This document shows, one piece after another, positions 16,172 to 25,215 of a stretch of DNA of 64,000 nt. The position numbers and the translations under genes were made by a program. The notes under the pieces are model-generated. The model worked only from the letters and a program-made list of their open reading frames with translations. It had not been told where the DNA came from and ran no database searches. Origin of the DNA: a virus; IMG/VR virus record IMGVR_UViG_3300045256_000282, positions 64,001-128,000 of that record; one strand, written 5' to 3'. Each line of letters begins with the position of its first letter. The first letter of the stretch is position 1.

Positions 16172-17039
16172 CCCTTTTTTCTGCGTTAAAATGAACCATA
16201 GAGGCCATTACTGTTCTCCAGGTTCTGCTTTTTGCCCCCTTAGCATCAATATCTATGACTGGAACCTGAAGATCAAGGTATGAATGAGCCCAGTCCTCCA
16301 GGATTTGCGCTATCTTCTTGTTTGAGAAACCGTCCTTCATATCGTACGGAACTTCTGCCGTGTCTACGTAGATGATGCTAGGATCTTCTCTCAAAACGTA
16401 AAGACCGGGAGAGCTGATCGGATCGCATATCTTAAGTACGTGCTCCTTAACTTGATCATCTTTAAGCTCTGAATAGATCTTCTTCTCTAAGTCAATAAGC
16501 TTATGAAGCCAAGCATCGTATTCCGGGTCTCTGTCGTTTATATTCTTTAACCATTTGTCCATATCCCTGTCGGGTCTGGCAGAATCAAGCTGGTCGTGAG
16601 CGATATCACGAGCGAGGTCGCTTTTTGCTACAGCAAAAGACTGCACTGTTGATCCCCAGTACGTTTTTGTTAAACCCAAGGTGCTGATCGTACGAAAAAC
16701 GAAGCTGAAAAACAGATCTAAGTTAAACCATCTCTTTTTAATGTTGACCGTGTCTTTCCAGATGCCGTTAACATCTTCTAGCCAAGACTTAAAATCTAAA
16801 ATCCAGTGTTTTCGATCCTTCTTATCAAGCAAGTCGAGACCGACTTGGAAGTTGACATCTGTCCACGCATGACCTTCTACGTCGTATGACCCGTCTTCTT
16901 TTGGGCCATCGGTATCTATCTGCTTATTGTCCTCACCCCATTTTGGGTGGTTCCACTTCTCCATCCCGGTGATGGAGATCGCAAGATAGCCACGTTTTTT
17001 TGATGTTTTTACTACGTCTTCAAGTAAGTTCTTTGCCAT
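16152..17039 (-). CDS. Hypothetical protein
   Basis: ORF track, 295 aa. Confidence 0.75.
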   Translation of the reverse strand: MAKNLLEDVVKTSKKRGYLAISITGMEKWNHPKWGEDNKQIDTDGPKEDGSYDVEGHAWTDVNFQVGLDLLDKKDRKHWILDFKSWLEDVNGIWKDTVNIKKRWFNLDLFFSFVFRTISTLGLTKTYWGSTVQSFAVAKSDLARDIAHDQLDSARPDRDMDKWLKNINDRDPEYDAWLHKLIDLEKKIYSELKDDQVKEHVLKICDPISSPGLYVLREDPSIIYVDTAEVPYDMKDGFSNKKIAQILEDWAHSYLDLQVPVIDIDAKGAKSRTWRTVMASMVHFNAEKRDGKYGN

Positions 17040-17046
17040 ACGTTCC

Positions 17047-17406
17047 TTAATTATAGAGTGGATCTATCTTAAAACTAACCTTCCACCTTCGGTTAAAATC
17101 CTCTGGATTCATCACAAACCTAAGCAGACCTCTTCCTGGGTTTAACACTACTACGATCTCCTCCCTAACCTGCCGTCGCTCTATTACTCTTTTCTCGTAA
17201 GTGCGAAGCCTGTTGGATTCGATCTGGATCTCAGAAAGTATTGGTCCAGGAAACTCAATACCGAGCCAGCACTTTAACTTCATAAAAAAACCCACGGGCT
17301 TGAATATAACAGTCAGTCTTACCGTGCGTTTTTCGTGAGAAGCTATGGATCTTTCTATAAGTAAAGCGCCGCTAGTTTGATCCTTGGTGATCTTACAATC
17401 ACTCAC
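17047..17406 (-). CDS. Hypothetical protein
   Basis: ORF track. Confidence 0.6.
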   Translation of the reverse strand: MSDCKITKDQTSGALLIERSIASHEKRTVRLTVIFKPVGFFMKLKCWLGIEFPGPILSEIQIESNRLRTYEKRVIERRQVREEIVVVLNPGRGLLRFVMNPEDFNRRWKVSFKIDPLYN

Positions 17407-17738
17407 AGGTCGATCTTAGTACTTTCAAAAGCACGATTAAGTTGCTGAGACAAGTCTCCAGTAACTCCGATTAGTGTCGTGTTGGTGTTGTACCCAAACA
17501 ACTGAGCGACAGCCAGTGCTGTTACAGACTGACCTCGGTTTGCCACATAGCCGCCTCCAGGACCACGAATAGATTTCGTCATCCCTGCAACTCGAAGCTT
17601 GCGCACAACTTGCTCCACATAGTTGGTTGTTGAGCCGATCTTCTCAGCGATTACCTGACTTTTTACTGGAACCGTCTCGTTTTTGAGAACTTCCAGGGTT
17701 TTCAAAGCAATCTCTACGTTCTTGTTTACTTTTAACAT
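17403..17738 (-). CDS. Rrf2-family winged-helix transcriptional regulator, no Cys ligands
   Basis: IAEKIG...YVEQVVRKLRVAG...SIRGPGGGY. Confidence 0.85.
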   Translation of the reverse strand: MLKVNKNVEIALKTLEVLKNETVPVKSQVIAEKIGSTTNYVEQVVRKLRVAGMTKSIRGPGGGYVANRGQSVTALAVAQLFGYNTNTTLIGVTGDLSQQLNRAFESTKIDL

Positions 17739-17747
17739 GTTATCTCC

Positions 17748-17966
17748 TTAGATTCGAACTTTTGTTCCGCTTACTCGCATCATGATTACAGGATCTTCGT
17801 GCTGGATATAGTCTCCCTCAAGATGGCCACGAATAGCTCCTAAGCTCATCAGAGCCTGCTCAACTAGGGCTTGAGCTTCACGATTTCTCGTTGATTCAAG
17901 CAGACCTCTCCCTATAGAGATCATCTTTTCCAGCGCTTCTTTTTGACTTACAAATTTATCGTGCAT
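17748..17966 (-). CDS. Hypothetical protein
   Basis: AGGAG RBS before ATG 17966. Confidence 0.6.
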   Translation of the reverse strand: MHDKFVSQKEALEKMISIGRGLLESTRNREAQALVEQALMSLGAIRGHLEGDYIQHEDPVIMMRVSGTKVRI

Positions 17967-17974
17967 ATATTCTC

Positions 17975-18298
17975 CTAAAAATTCCATCTTAGCATTAATG
18001 ATTGACTATCTCTTGATTTGCCCAACTCTAGTCTATCACAAAAGTCAGGTACTTTAAAGCCCACTTTCGCTTCTTCTCCGCGAGAAAGCTTGTATGCGGC
18101 AACTCCGTATCCGGCGGTTTTTTCGACCGCATCAGGCGTATACTTGTGGGCAGTGTTCTTGGCGTAGTTCTCAACCATCTCCATGTTCTGGTACAAACCC
18201 ACTTGTTTCGACGTAGCCTCGGAAGTGGTAGAACACATGTTAGATGGCATCCAACTCATACTTGCGCAAAAACTAGCTATTAAAAAACTGTTAAACAT
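17975..18298 (-). CDS. Putative secreted protein
   Basis: GGAG RBS; hydrophobic N-terminus; ends in LRWNF. Confidence 0.6.
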   Translation of the reverse strand: MFNSFLIASFCASMSWMPSNMCSTTSEATSKQVGLYQNMEMVENYAKNTAHKYTPDAVEKTAGYGVAAYKLSRGEEAKVGFKVPDFCDRLELGKSRDSQSLMLRWNF

Positions 18299-18299
18299 A

Positions 18300-18512
18300 C
18301 TAATCTCCTCCACTACTCCAAGGATACCCCGGATCTTCTTCTTTTGCAAACGGAGGGGGGCCAGCATAGTAATCGATCTTAGTTTTAGAATTGTCCTTAA
18401 TTTTCAAGTTCTTATCGCTACACTTGGAGCAAGAGGGCGGGTTATTGACATTTAGCCAATTCTCCTCCCACTGGTAGCCACAATAATTGCACTCCAAGCT
18501 ATAGCGTTTCAT
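18300..18512 (-). CDS. Zinc-ribbon protein
   Basis: CNYC...CSKC. Confidence 0.7.
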   Translation of the reverse strand: MKRYSLECNYCGYQWEENWLNVNNPPSCSKCSDKNLKIKDNSKTKIDYYAGPPPFAKEEDPGYPWSSGGD

Positions 18513-18678
18513 TCGTCGCCCACAACGCCAAAGCTACTATTGCCCATAGACGAGGTTGCGTTTAGCTTGGAGGCTTCTTTTCGAGCCTCCTCCTCGTCCT
18601 TAAACTCAGCAACAATTCGAAAAGATCCCTTTCCTAGTTGCTCATATACCAACCAAACTCTAACTTCTCTTTGATAGC

Positions 18679-18915
18679 TCATCGACGACCTCCAAAGGTT
18701 CTTTCGTGATCTCTAACAGCTCGGTCGTGACTCTCCAGTTCATCGCAGAACTTTTGAATGGCTTTTGAGTTGTTCGAGATCGTGTTTAAGTCAACATCTC
18801 TGTAATCTAGCGCTGCTCTAGACTGTTCGTTCAATCCAGCCTGACATCCTCGGTTATACTCGCTTAATGACGCACAGCCAGAGAACAGAACCATGATAAG
18901 TGGTAAGTATTTCAT
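18679..18915 (-). CDS. Small lipoprotein
   Basis: MKYLPLIMVLFSGC lipobox. Confidence 0.7.
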   Translation of the reverse strand: MKYLPLIMVLFSGCASLSEYNRGCQAGLNEQSRAALDYRDVDLNTISNNSKAIQKFCDELESHDRAVRDHERTFGGRR

Positions 18916-18916
18916 A

Positions 18917-19231
18917 CTACTCTCCTTTGACCTTAAGCAATTTAAACGTAAGCGCTACGCCAAGAAGGGCTACTACGATCTGAACAAAAAGACCGAAAAC
19001 CATTCCGACCACTCCACTCGAGTAGATCAGCACCATACCTGCAGCAGAACCTGCGCCTTGAGTTACAAGACGATGAGGTGCTCCCAAAAGACCCCCGATC
19101 AGCAGGAGTACCGAGGCCATAGTCATGTGGTTATCAAACAAGGCTAACACGCCAGTCATGCTGACCAAGAACCAAGCGATAACCAAAACCTTACCGTACT
19201 TTTCATTCAAACTTCTAATCTTATCTAACAT
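18917..19231 (-). CDS. Multi-pass membrane protein
   Basis: 3-4 hydrophobic segments. Confidence 0.7.
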   Translation of the reverse strand: MLDKIRSLNEKYGKVLVIAWFLVSMTGVLALFDNHMTMASVLLLIGGLLGAPHRLVTQGAGSAAGMVLIYSSGVVGMVFGLFVQIVVALLGVALTFKLLKVKGE

Positions 19232-19243
19232 ACCTTCTCCTTA

Positions 19244-19741
19244 TCACCAGGGAATCATTATTTGAAGTCCCAAGGTATCTCTTCCCTGGTTGGGTTTAAA
19301 GATACCGGCACTCGAGATGTGCTTGTATTGAAATCCGATAGATACTTTTGTTTTTTGATCCCTGATCCCAAAACCAAAGTCCTCAAAGAATTGCGCAGGT
19401 CCACCTAGAACCGTATCTGGGGAGCTGATGAGGCCAACACCCTGAAAGAAGTTGACGTACAGAGCGCCAGCCGTTGGCTCGACACCAATCGAGTAAGATC
19501 CAAAAGCACTGCTTTTAGCGCCATCTCGTCCAGAATGGTCAGACCAGAATCCGATCTCCCACTTCTTCTCAAGAAACGCAAGCTCGTCTTGGTAACCTAG
19601 AGATAAGCCCTTTTGAGCAGCCACGTCTTCGGTGTGAGCGTTCACAGAATACTTTAAAAACGTACCTTCCGCGCCAAGAGACCTGGCTGGCGAAAAGGCC
19701 ACTAGAGAAAACAAGCTAATAATAAGTAAAAACTTTTTCAC
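19244..19741 (-). CDS. pagL: PagL-like lipid A 3-O-deacylase (outer-membrane beta-barrel)
   Basis: Signal peptide; FFEDFGFG...YKHISSAGIFKPNQGRD matches the PagL H-x-S-N-A-G-x3-P-N-x-G-x-E motif; aromatic C-terminus; 165 aa. Confidence 0.75.
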   Translation of the reverse strand: MKKFLLIISLFSLVAFSPARSLGAEGTFLKYSVNAHTEDVAAQKGLSLGYQDELAFLEKKWEIGFWSDHSGRDGAKSSAFGSYSIGVEPTAGALYVNFFQGVGLISSPDTVLGGPAQFFEDFGFGIRDQKTKVSIGFQYKHISSAGIFKPNQGRDTLGLQIMIPW

Positions 19742-20040
19742 GATACCTCCGTTTGGAATCTATAAGCTTTTTCTATAAAGTTCTCAATGTCCAGCATAGC
19801 AGCGCTTGCATCTAAGATCAACTTGTCAAAATCTTGTTTTGTGGCGAACTGTACGTTATCCACCGTACGATGAACCTCATACGGCTTACATCCAAAATCG
19901 TGAATCTCAAACACAACCGTGTCGTGAAACACGAAGCTAACCTTTCCTGGGTACGTCTTAGTGCCGTCCCAGTTAACTCCCACTACCCATCTACCAATGT
20001 CTTTTTCCGTAATCAAATTGCCTCCGATATCTTGCACCAA
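19738..20040 (-). CDS. Hypothetical protein
   Basis: ORF track. Confidence 0.6.
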   Translation of the reverse strand: MVQDIGGNLITEKDIGRWVVGVNWDGTKTYPGKVSFVFHDTVVFEIHDFGCKPYEVHRTVDNVQFATKQDFDKLILDASAAMLDIENFIEKAYRFQTEVS

Positions 20041-20336
20041 TGAGCATGGCGGTTGGGGTTTGACGTCTTATGCGCCCCGCAGTCACATTCTGGCACACTT
20101 TTTGCGCTTGTAATCTCTACAGGGGGCATGTCGTCTAGGTCGTACATCTTGCCAGGCATTCCAGGAGGGGTGAAATCGATGATGTTACCCCCATACCCCG
20201 TTACCCAAACTTCTAGATGTCCATCCCATTGGTACGTGTCCGTGTAGGATGTGAATACATATCCGTCGTTCGGAGCTTCTTTCCAGGAACCATCCGGCCA
20301 ATAGGTAAAAGTTTTATACATAACTAGGTTTTTCAT
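20013..20336 (-). CDS. Hypothetical protein with C-terminal CxCG...H..WC zinc motif
   Basis: CDCGAHKTSNPNRHAHWC; GAGG RBS before ATG 20336. Confidence 0.7.
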   Translation of the reverse strand: MKNLVMYKTFTYWPDGSWKEAPNDGYVFTSYTDTYQWDGHLEVWVTGYGGNIIDFTPPGMPGKMYDLDDMPPVEITSAKSVPECDCGAHKTSNPNRHAHWCKISEAI

Positions 20337-20518
20337 TTTTTGACCTCGTACAAGTAGGTTAGGCAAAAGCCCGCCAATATCGCCGTAATAATCGCCTGAA
20401 CACCGAGGAACATGGCGATCTCGTTCGTAAACAGTATAGAAGTTCCGAAGTAAAAGACTGAATAAGCAATCCCTAAGCTTTTAGCGGCGCTTAGTATGTT
20501 TCTTAGAAGCTTTTTCAT
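20333..20518 (-). CDS. Small two-TM protein
   Basis: ORF track; hydrophobic. Confidence 0.6.
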   Translation of the reverse strand: MKKLLRNILSAAKSLGIAYSVFYFGTSILFTNEIAMFLGVQAIITAILAGFCLTYLYEVKK

Positions 20519-20741
20519 TCTTCTTTCCTTTCAATGACTTAGACGCTTTTTCTGACTTTTTAAGCTTAGAAAGTTCTGCCTCAAGCTTAGAGATCTCGTC
20601 CTCGATGCGCTCCGCCTGAACCACGAAGATCATCATCAGAGACTCGTGATTTTTGGAACCTTCAGCGGCACGATCCGTAGCAGCCAGAAGGCGCTTGTGA
20701 TGTTCTATATCTTGACGTAATTGCTCAAGTTTTGTACTCAT
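20481..20741 (-). CDS. Coiled-coil basic protein, first gene of the leftward operon
   Basis: AGGAG RBS before ATG 20741. Confidence 0.65.
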   Translation of the reverse strand: MSTKLEQLRQDIEHHKRLLAATDRAAEGSKNHESLMMIFVVQAERIEDEISKLEAELSKLKKSEKASKSLKGKKNEKASKKHTKRR

Positions 20742-20758
20742 CTTTTTCTCCTGAAACC

Positions 20759-20787
20759 AGAATATCAATCCGAACGGTATTGGTCAA
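20759..20787 (-). promoter_or_regulatory. sigma70-type promoter at the early/late divergence
   Basis: TTGACC-17 nt-TATTCT. Confidence 0.7.
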
Positions 20788-20815
20788 GTGATATTATGTT
20801 ATATGCAGTTGCCCT

Positions 20816-20824
20816 GAATCTTTA
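20816..20824 (+). promoter_or_regulatory. Putative late-promoter motif SAATCTT(T/G)A (also at 29272, 31971, 41039, 44458, 50864 on +; 40981 and 13939 on -)
   Basis: Same 9-mer recurs upstream of structural genes. Confidence 0.55.
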
Positions 20825-20898
20825 AAGGGATAGGGATAGGGGTAGGGACAGTCTTGGTTGTTACACCGCAACTTAGACTTAAGTAGTTGATTTTAATT

Positions 20899-23331
20899 AT
20901 GAAAAAAGAAATTCGATTTTCTGCCAAATTAGACACACAAGAGTTCGACCGTACAGTAGATCAACTACAGCGGAAGTTGAAGGATATCTATAAGGGTTCT
21001 GAGCAAACCCGCACGTCCTATCAAAACCAAGACCGAATGAGCCGGTTGGGCCTTGGTCAGGCACCAAGCGCCTCTGATAGGAACAAGCTAGATCAGGCCG
21101 ACGCAAAAGCTAGGCGAGATACCGACCAGTTTATAAAGCAACAGGTCAGAGATCAGGAAAAACTCGCTAAGACCATTAACTCTCAGGTCGAGGAGATGAA
21201 GAAGCTCCAAAAGATTCAAAAAGAACTTGCGAAAGATTCTGAAGAATACTTTAAAACGCAACAAAAACTTTCTCAGCTAGAAAAGCAGACCTCCATGAAC
21301 CGCGCCCAAATGCAGGCAAAAGATTCAGCGATATCAAACGCGCTGGATCAGCGGGAAGGAATGGGGATTGGTGGATTGGGCCGTTTAAGACAGGCGTACC
21401 AAAACGGAGGTATTGGCGGAGCAATGACCGCTGGCGGACGGATGGGCTCGCAATACCTGCGAGGCCTAGGACCCGGAGCACTTGCCGGGACTGTCTTGGG
21501 GGCGGCTGGATCTGCTCTTGCAATTCATTCTCAAATAGGCCTAGATATTGGAATGGCTCCTTCTGTTGCTTCTCAAAATAGGGGTCAGGCAGCTTCTACC
21601 TACAACGAAAACCTTCAAAACATTTTTTCTGGAAATGGTTATGAGGACGTATTCTATGCAAAAGAAAACAAAAAAGCCAGGGAAGATGCAAAAAAGGCAG
21701 TCGATGCTAAGCGAAAAAGCGATAAGGAAGGCATCTTTTCCCAATTTTTACAGGGCGCTGGAGGAGGCGCGGTTGCGGGCGGTGCGGCAGGATCTTTTTT
21801 TGGTGGCATTGGGGCTGGACCGGGGGCGATAATTGGAGGAATAATTGGAGGAATAGCCTCTCTTTTCAAAAATAGGGAAACCATCCTTGGAAATATGGGT
21901 GTAGGCCCCTACAAAGATACCCTAGAGTCTAAGTATGACGTTTTTGAATCTGATACGTTTAAAAGAAACAAAGAAGCAAATAAACAATTAGATCCCATCA
22001 AGAAGCTTGCTTTTGAAGATTTTCAAAAAAACATGATGCAAAATCTTAACTTCCAAAGAAGCACCGGGATAAACGATCAGCAGATGTTTGATTTTAATGA
22101 CCAGATAACTAGGTCTGGCTTTACTCGAAGCATGGGTAGGGAGGCCTCGCAAGGAATTCTTGCCGCTGGTGGATCTACCAGAGGAGCGCTAGGAAACGCG
22201 AGCCTATCTCTTCAGATGCAAAGGGATTACAACCTCACAAACGCAAATCAGGTACTCGGACGATTAAGCGGCACGATGGGCTCTGCCGCAGCTTCTGAAA
22301 AATCTTTGATATCCGTATTAGCCGCTGGTATGAAGGAAGGGTTAGACAAGTCTGAGTTTGCTGAAGAAAATAGGAAATTTACACAGGCCATAAGCGAGAC
22401 CATATATAGGACAGGCGCAAACGATCCGGCCACCGCTGCCATGATAGCAAACAGGGAGGCCAGCTTCTTAGCAAGCAAGACGACTAGGGGTATTGAGGCT
22501 GCTCAGTCGGCGTCTCAATTTGTTTCTGGCATCGAAAAACAAGGATCTGGCATAGGATCAGTTCTTGAAATGGGTGGCATGCTTAGCAATAAGAACCTAA
22601 GCAAGCTAAATCCAGTGTCTATGTCGGCTATTCAAAATATGGACATGAACCAGATCATGTCTCTAAGCCCAGCAGAGAAAAGTTCTCTCACTAGACAGGC
22701 TGGTTTTAATAGCTTTGACGAGTTTATTCAGGCCGTAGCACCTAACAAAGAGATGAAGCTTGCCGGACAGCTACCTCAGCTTTACGAGTCTGTTCAAAAA
22801 TCTAAGAAATTTAACGAAGCAAACAAGATGGGTCCTTTGACTAAGGAGCAGCAAGCTGAAGGCGAAGACGCAGAGGCTGGAGTGAAACTTGCACTTAAGG
22901 CCGGTTTTGGTTTAGATAATGCCTCCGCAGATTCGGTTTACAAAGAGATGATGGATACTGGAAAGTTTGACATAGCATCCATCAAGAAGATGAGTGAAAA
23001 GGTTCAAAGTTCTGCAGGAGCACCCACCGGAAGAGCCGCAGATACGGTGATCGGATCTGCTGCCTCAAACGAAGCTGCCGTTAACACGCTTCAAAAAAAC
23101 TTCATACCACAAATCGATAGCGCGGCCAGCTCCGTAGGTAAGTTTGCTGATGAGATCAACAAGTCACTAGAAACTATCCGAAAATTAGGAGAAGCTGGTA
23201 AGCAGGGGGATATGGTGGAAGAACTTAAGAAGCTCAACTCGAACATATCGTCTCGTTTTGCAGATCAACTCGGTAAGGATTCGAACGGGAAGCCCTTGGT
23301 TCAAGACCAGGGTTCTCCTCGAAGGGAATAG
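20899..23331 (+). CDS. Tail tape measure protein
   Basis: Helical Ala/Gln/Gly-rich protein; Gly-rich hydrophobic segment (GAVAGGAAGSFFGGIGAGPGAIIGGIIGG); directly upstream of baseplate genes. Confidence 0.7.
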   Translation: MKKEIRFSAKLDTQEFDRTVDQLQRKLKDIYKGSEQTRTSYQNQDRMSRLGLGQAPSASDRNKLDQADAKARRDTDQFIKQQVRDQEKLAKTINSQVEEMKKLQKIQKELAKDSEEYFKTQQKLSQLEKQTSMNRAQMQAKDSAISNALDQREGMGIGGLGRLRQAYQNGGIGGAMTAGGRMGSQYLRGLGPGALAGTVLGAAGSALAIHSQIGLDIGMAPSVASQNRGQAASTYNENLQNIFSGNGYEDVFYAKENKKAREDAKKAVDAKRKSDKEGIFSQFLQGAGGGAVAGGAAGSFFGGIGAGPGAIIGGIIGGIASLFKNRETILGNMGVGPYKDTLESKYDVFESDTFKRNKEANKQLDPIKKLAFEDFQKNMMQNLNFQRSTGINDQQMFDFNDQITRSGFTRSMGREASQGILAAGGSTRGALGNASLSLQMQRDYNLTNANQVLGRLSGTMGSAAASEKSLISVLAAGMKEGLDKSEFAEENRKFTQAISETIYRTGANDPATAAMIANREASFLASKTTRGIEAAQSASQFVSGIEKQGSGIGSVLEMGGMLSNKNLSKLNPVSMSAIQNMDMNQIMSLSPAEKSSLTRQAGFNSFDEFIQAVAPNKEMKLAGQLPQLYESVQKSKKFNEANKMGPLTKEQQAEGEDAEAGVKLALKAGFGLDNASADSVYKEMMDTGKFDIASIKKMSEKVQSSAGAPTGRAADTVIGSAASNEAAVNTLQKNFIPQIDSAASSVGKFADEINKSLETIRKLGEAGKQGDMVEELKKLNSNISSRFADQLGKDSNGKPLVQDQGSPRRE

Positions 23332-23334
23332 TAA

Positions 23335-25215
23335 ATGAGTCAAGCTTTCGTTTATGACGTAGCAAAAAACTCAGAAGATTCTCACCAGACAAGCCCCGCC
23401 TGGATGCTGACCTTTGTGCGTTGGGCAAACCGAGATCCTAATAACCACACAAACCCACAGGCCGCTGGTGGAGACCTTGCTGTAACAGACCCGCTTGTTG
23501 TTATCAACGACTGCGTATCCGTATCCGTCAACGTTTCAAAATCTTCTCACACACCCTCGATGTCGGCCATCTTAAGGGCTGGGGATATCAACTACCTAAC
23601 ATCCATAGCTCCCGGCGATTTCGTGTTCGTTAACATGGCGGACTGGGAAAAAGACATAGACGATGTTTACGAGAGAGCAAAGGCTTCTAAACCTATTAAC
23701 CAGTTTAAAGACGGTTTTAAAGGCTATTTTAAGGTTCAATCTGTCAGACGAATACTTACAGTTAATCCAGCTTCTGGATCTAAAGAGGTCATGTTTCAAG
23801 TAGAGGGCTTTGGCTTTACTGAATTTAATAACATGATTTACTTTAATCCTCACCTTATTCCACCCGGATCTGACAACAATCAGGCTCTTTTCTTGACCAA
23901 CTTAAGCAGGTATTGGCATAGTTTGTTTTCAACTAACGGACTCCCTACGGTGCAAGAGGTCATCAGGTTTTTCATTAAATCTTTTTTGGGAGAAGGTCAA
24001 CTAGCAGCAGGGATTAATAGGACGGTAAGGCAGTCTGGGGCAAACGCGGACTTCACTTCAAACACTCAATTTTATGTTCCCCAAGGCGTCGGCTCTTTGT
24101 TAGGTCAAGATAAGGCTAAGGCGGCAAAAGATCTCTATATCTACCTTATGGGGATACAACAGTATTCTTCGGGTAATACCAATACACCAGAACTTAGCCT
24201 ACTTCCTTCAAACCTAAACCCTGTACCTAAAGATGGAAGGTTTTTTTACACCAAACAGACATGTCAAGGAAGAGCTTTCGTAAAACCTGACTACTGGAAT
24301 CAAGTCCCTGTTTGGAGCGTAATGGAACAGTACTTAAATTCACCGATAAATGAGATGTACGTTTCTTATCGACCAGCCCCTAATGGTCTTGTGATGCCCA
24401 CCTTTACCATGAGACAGATGCCGTTTTCTAGCGAGAAGTATAAGGGTGTAGGAACAAAGTTTCTTAACCTACCACGCTGGAGGATTGATCCAGGCCTTAT
24501 CTATGACGTGAACATTGGAAGGGATGAGGCCGCAAGGATAAACTTTGTGCAAGTTTTTGGTATGATGACAGGTTCTGCTAGACCGGACCTTAGCATCGCG
24601 TACCCGATAGCAAAAGGCAATTACGTTTCTGACAATAAAGATATTAAAAGAAGTGGACTAAGACCGTACGTCATTACTTCCAACTTTGATCTCCCAGCAC
24701 TTCAATCGCAAACTAGCAATAAACAATATACCCGAGCCCTAGAATGGAAAAATCTTCTTGGGGATGCTCTTATTGGTGGCCATCTTAAGTTAAACGGCAC
24801 GATAACCACGGTAGGCATCGTTGACCCCATATCTCCAGGTGATAACCTAGAGTTGGGGGATACCGTGTATCACATCGAATCAGTTTCTCACTCAGCCACC
24901 TTAGCTCCAGGTGGTCAAAAGACTTTCCGCACTACCCTAGAACTTTCTCATGGCATCAGTAAGTTTTCTAATACTGAGAAAAAAGTTTATTCTCAGATGG
25001 TAAATAGTAAGATGGAGATTGAGTCGCGAGAAGATTACAATAACGGCGACGGTATGCTACCGGGAATTGTAGACTCTGAGACCGTATACCCAGATCCTTT
25101 CTTTGATATGGACGCTGCTTCAAAAAACAAAAGTTTTGATCTGCCACCCAAGTCTTTTGGTAAGCCGAAGAAACAGGGTAAGCTTAAGAAAAGATCTAAG
25201 AAGGTTGCAAAATGA
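23335..25215 (+). CDS. Baseplate hub / tail protein
   Basis: Position after TMP; C-terminal GTIT...ISPGDNL...YHIESVSH...FRTTLELSHG hub-like pattern. Confidence 0.65.
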   Translation: MSQAFVYDVAKNSEDSHQTSPAWMLTFVRWANRDPNNHTNPQAAGGDLAVTDPLVVINDCVSVSVNVSKSSHTPSMSAILRAGDINYLTSIAPGDFVFVNMADWEKDIDDVYERAKASKPINQFKDGFKGYFKVQSVRRILTVNPASGSKEVMFQVEGFGFTEFNNMIYFNPHLIPPGSDNNQALFLTNLSRYWHSLFSTNGLPTVQEVIRFFIKSFLGEGQLAAGINRTVRQSGANADFTSNTQFYVPQGVGSLLGQDKAKAAKDLYIYLMGIQQYSSGNTNTPELSLLPSNLNPVPKDGRFFYTKQTCQGRAFVKPDYWNQVPVWSVMEQYLNSPINEMYVSYRPAPNGLVMPTFTMRQMPFSSEKYKGVGTKFLNLPRWRIDPGLIYDVNIGRDEAARINFVQVFGMMTGSARPDLSIAYPIAKGNYVSDNKDIKRSGLRPYVITSNFDLPALQSQTSNKQYTRALEWKNLLGDALIGGHLKLNGTITTVGIVDPISPGDNLELGDTVYHIESVSHSATLAPGGQKTFRTTLELSHGISKFSNTEKKVYSQMVNSKMEIESREDYNNGDGMLPGIVDSETVYPDPFFDMDAASKNKSFDLPPKSFGKPKKQGKLKKRSKKVAK

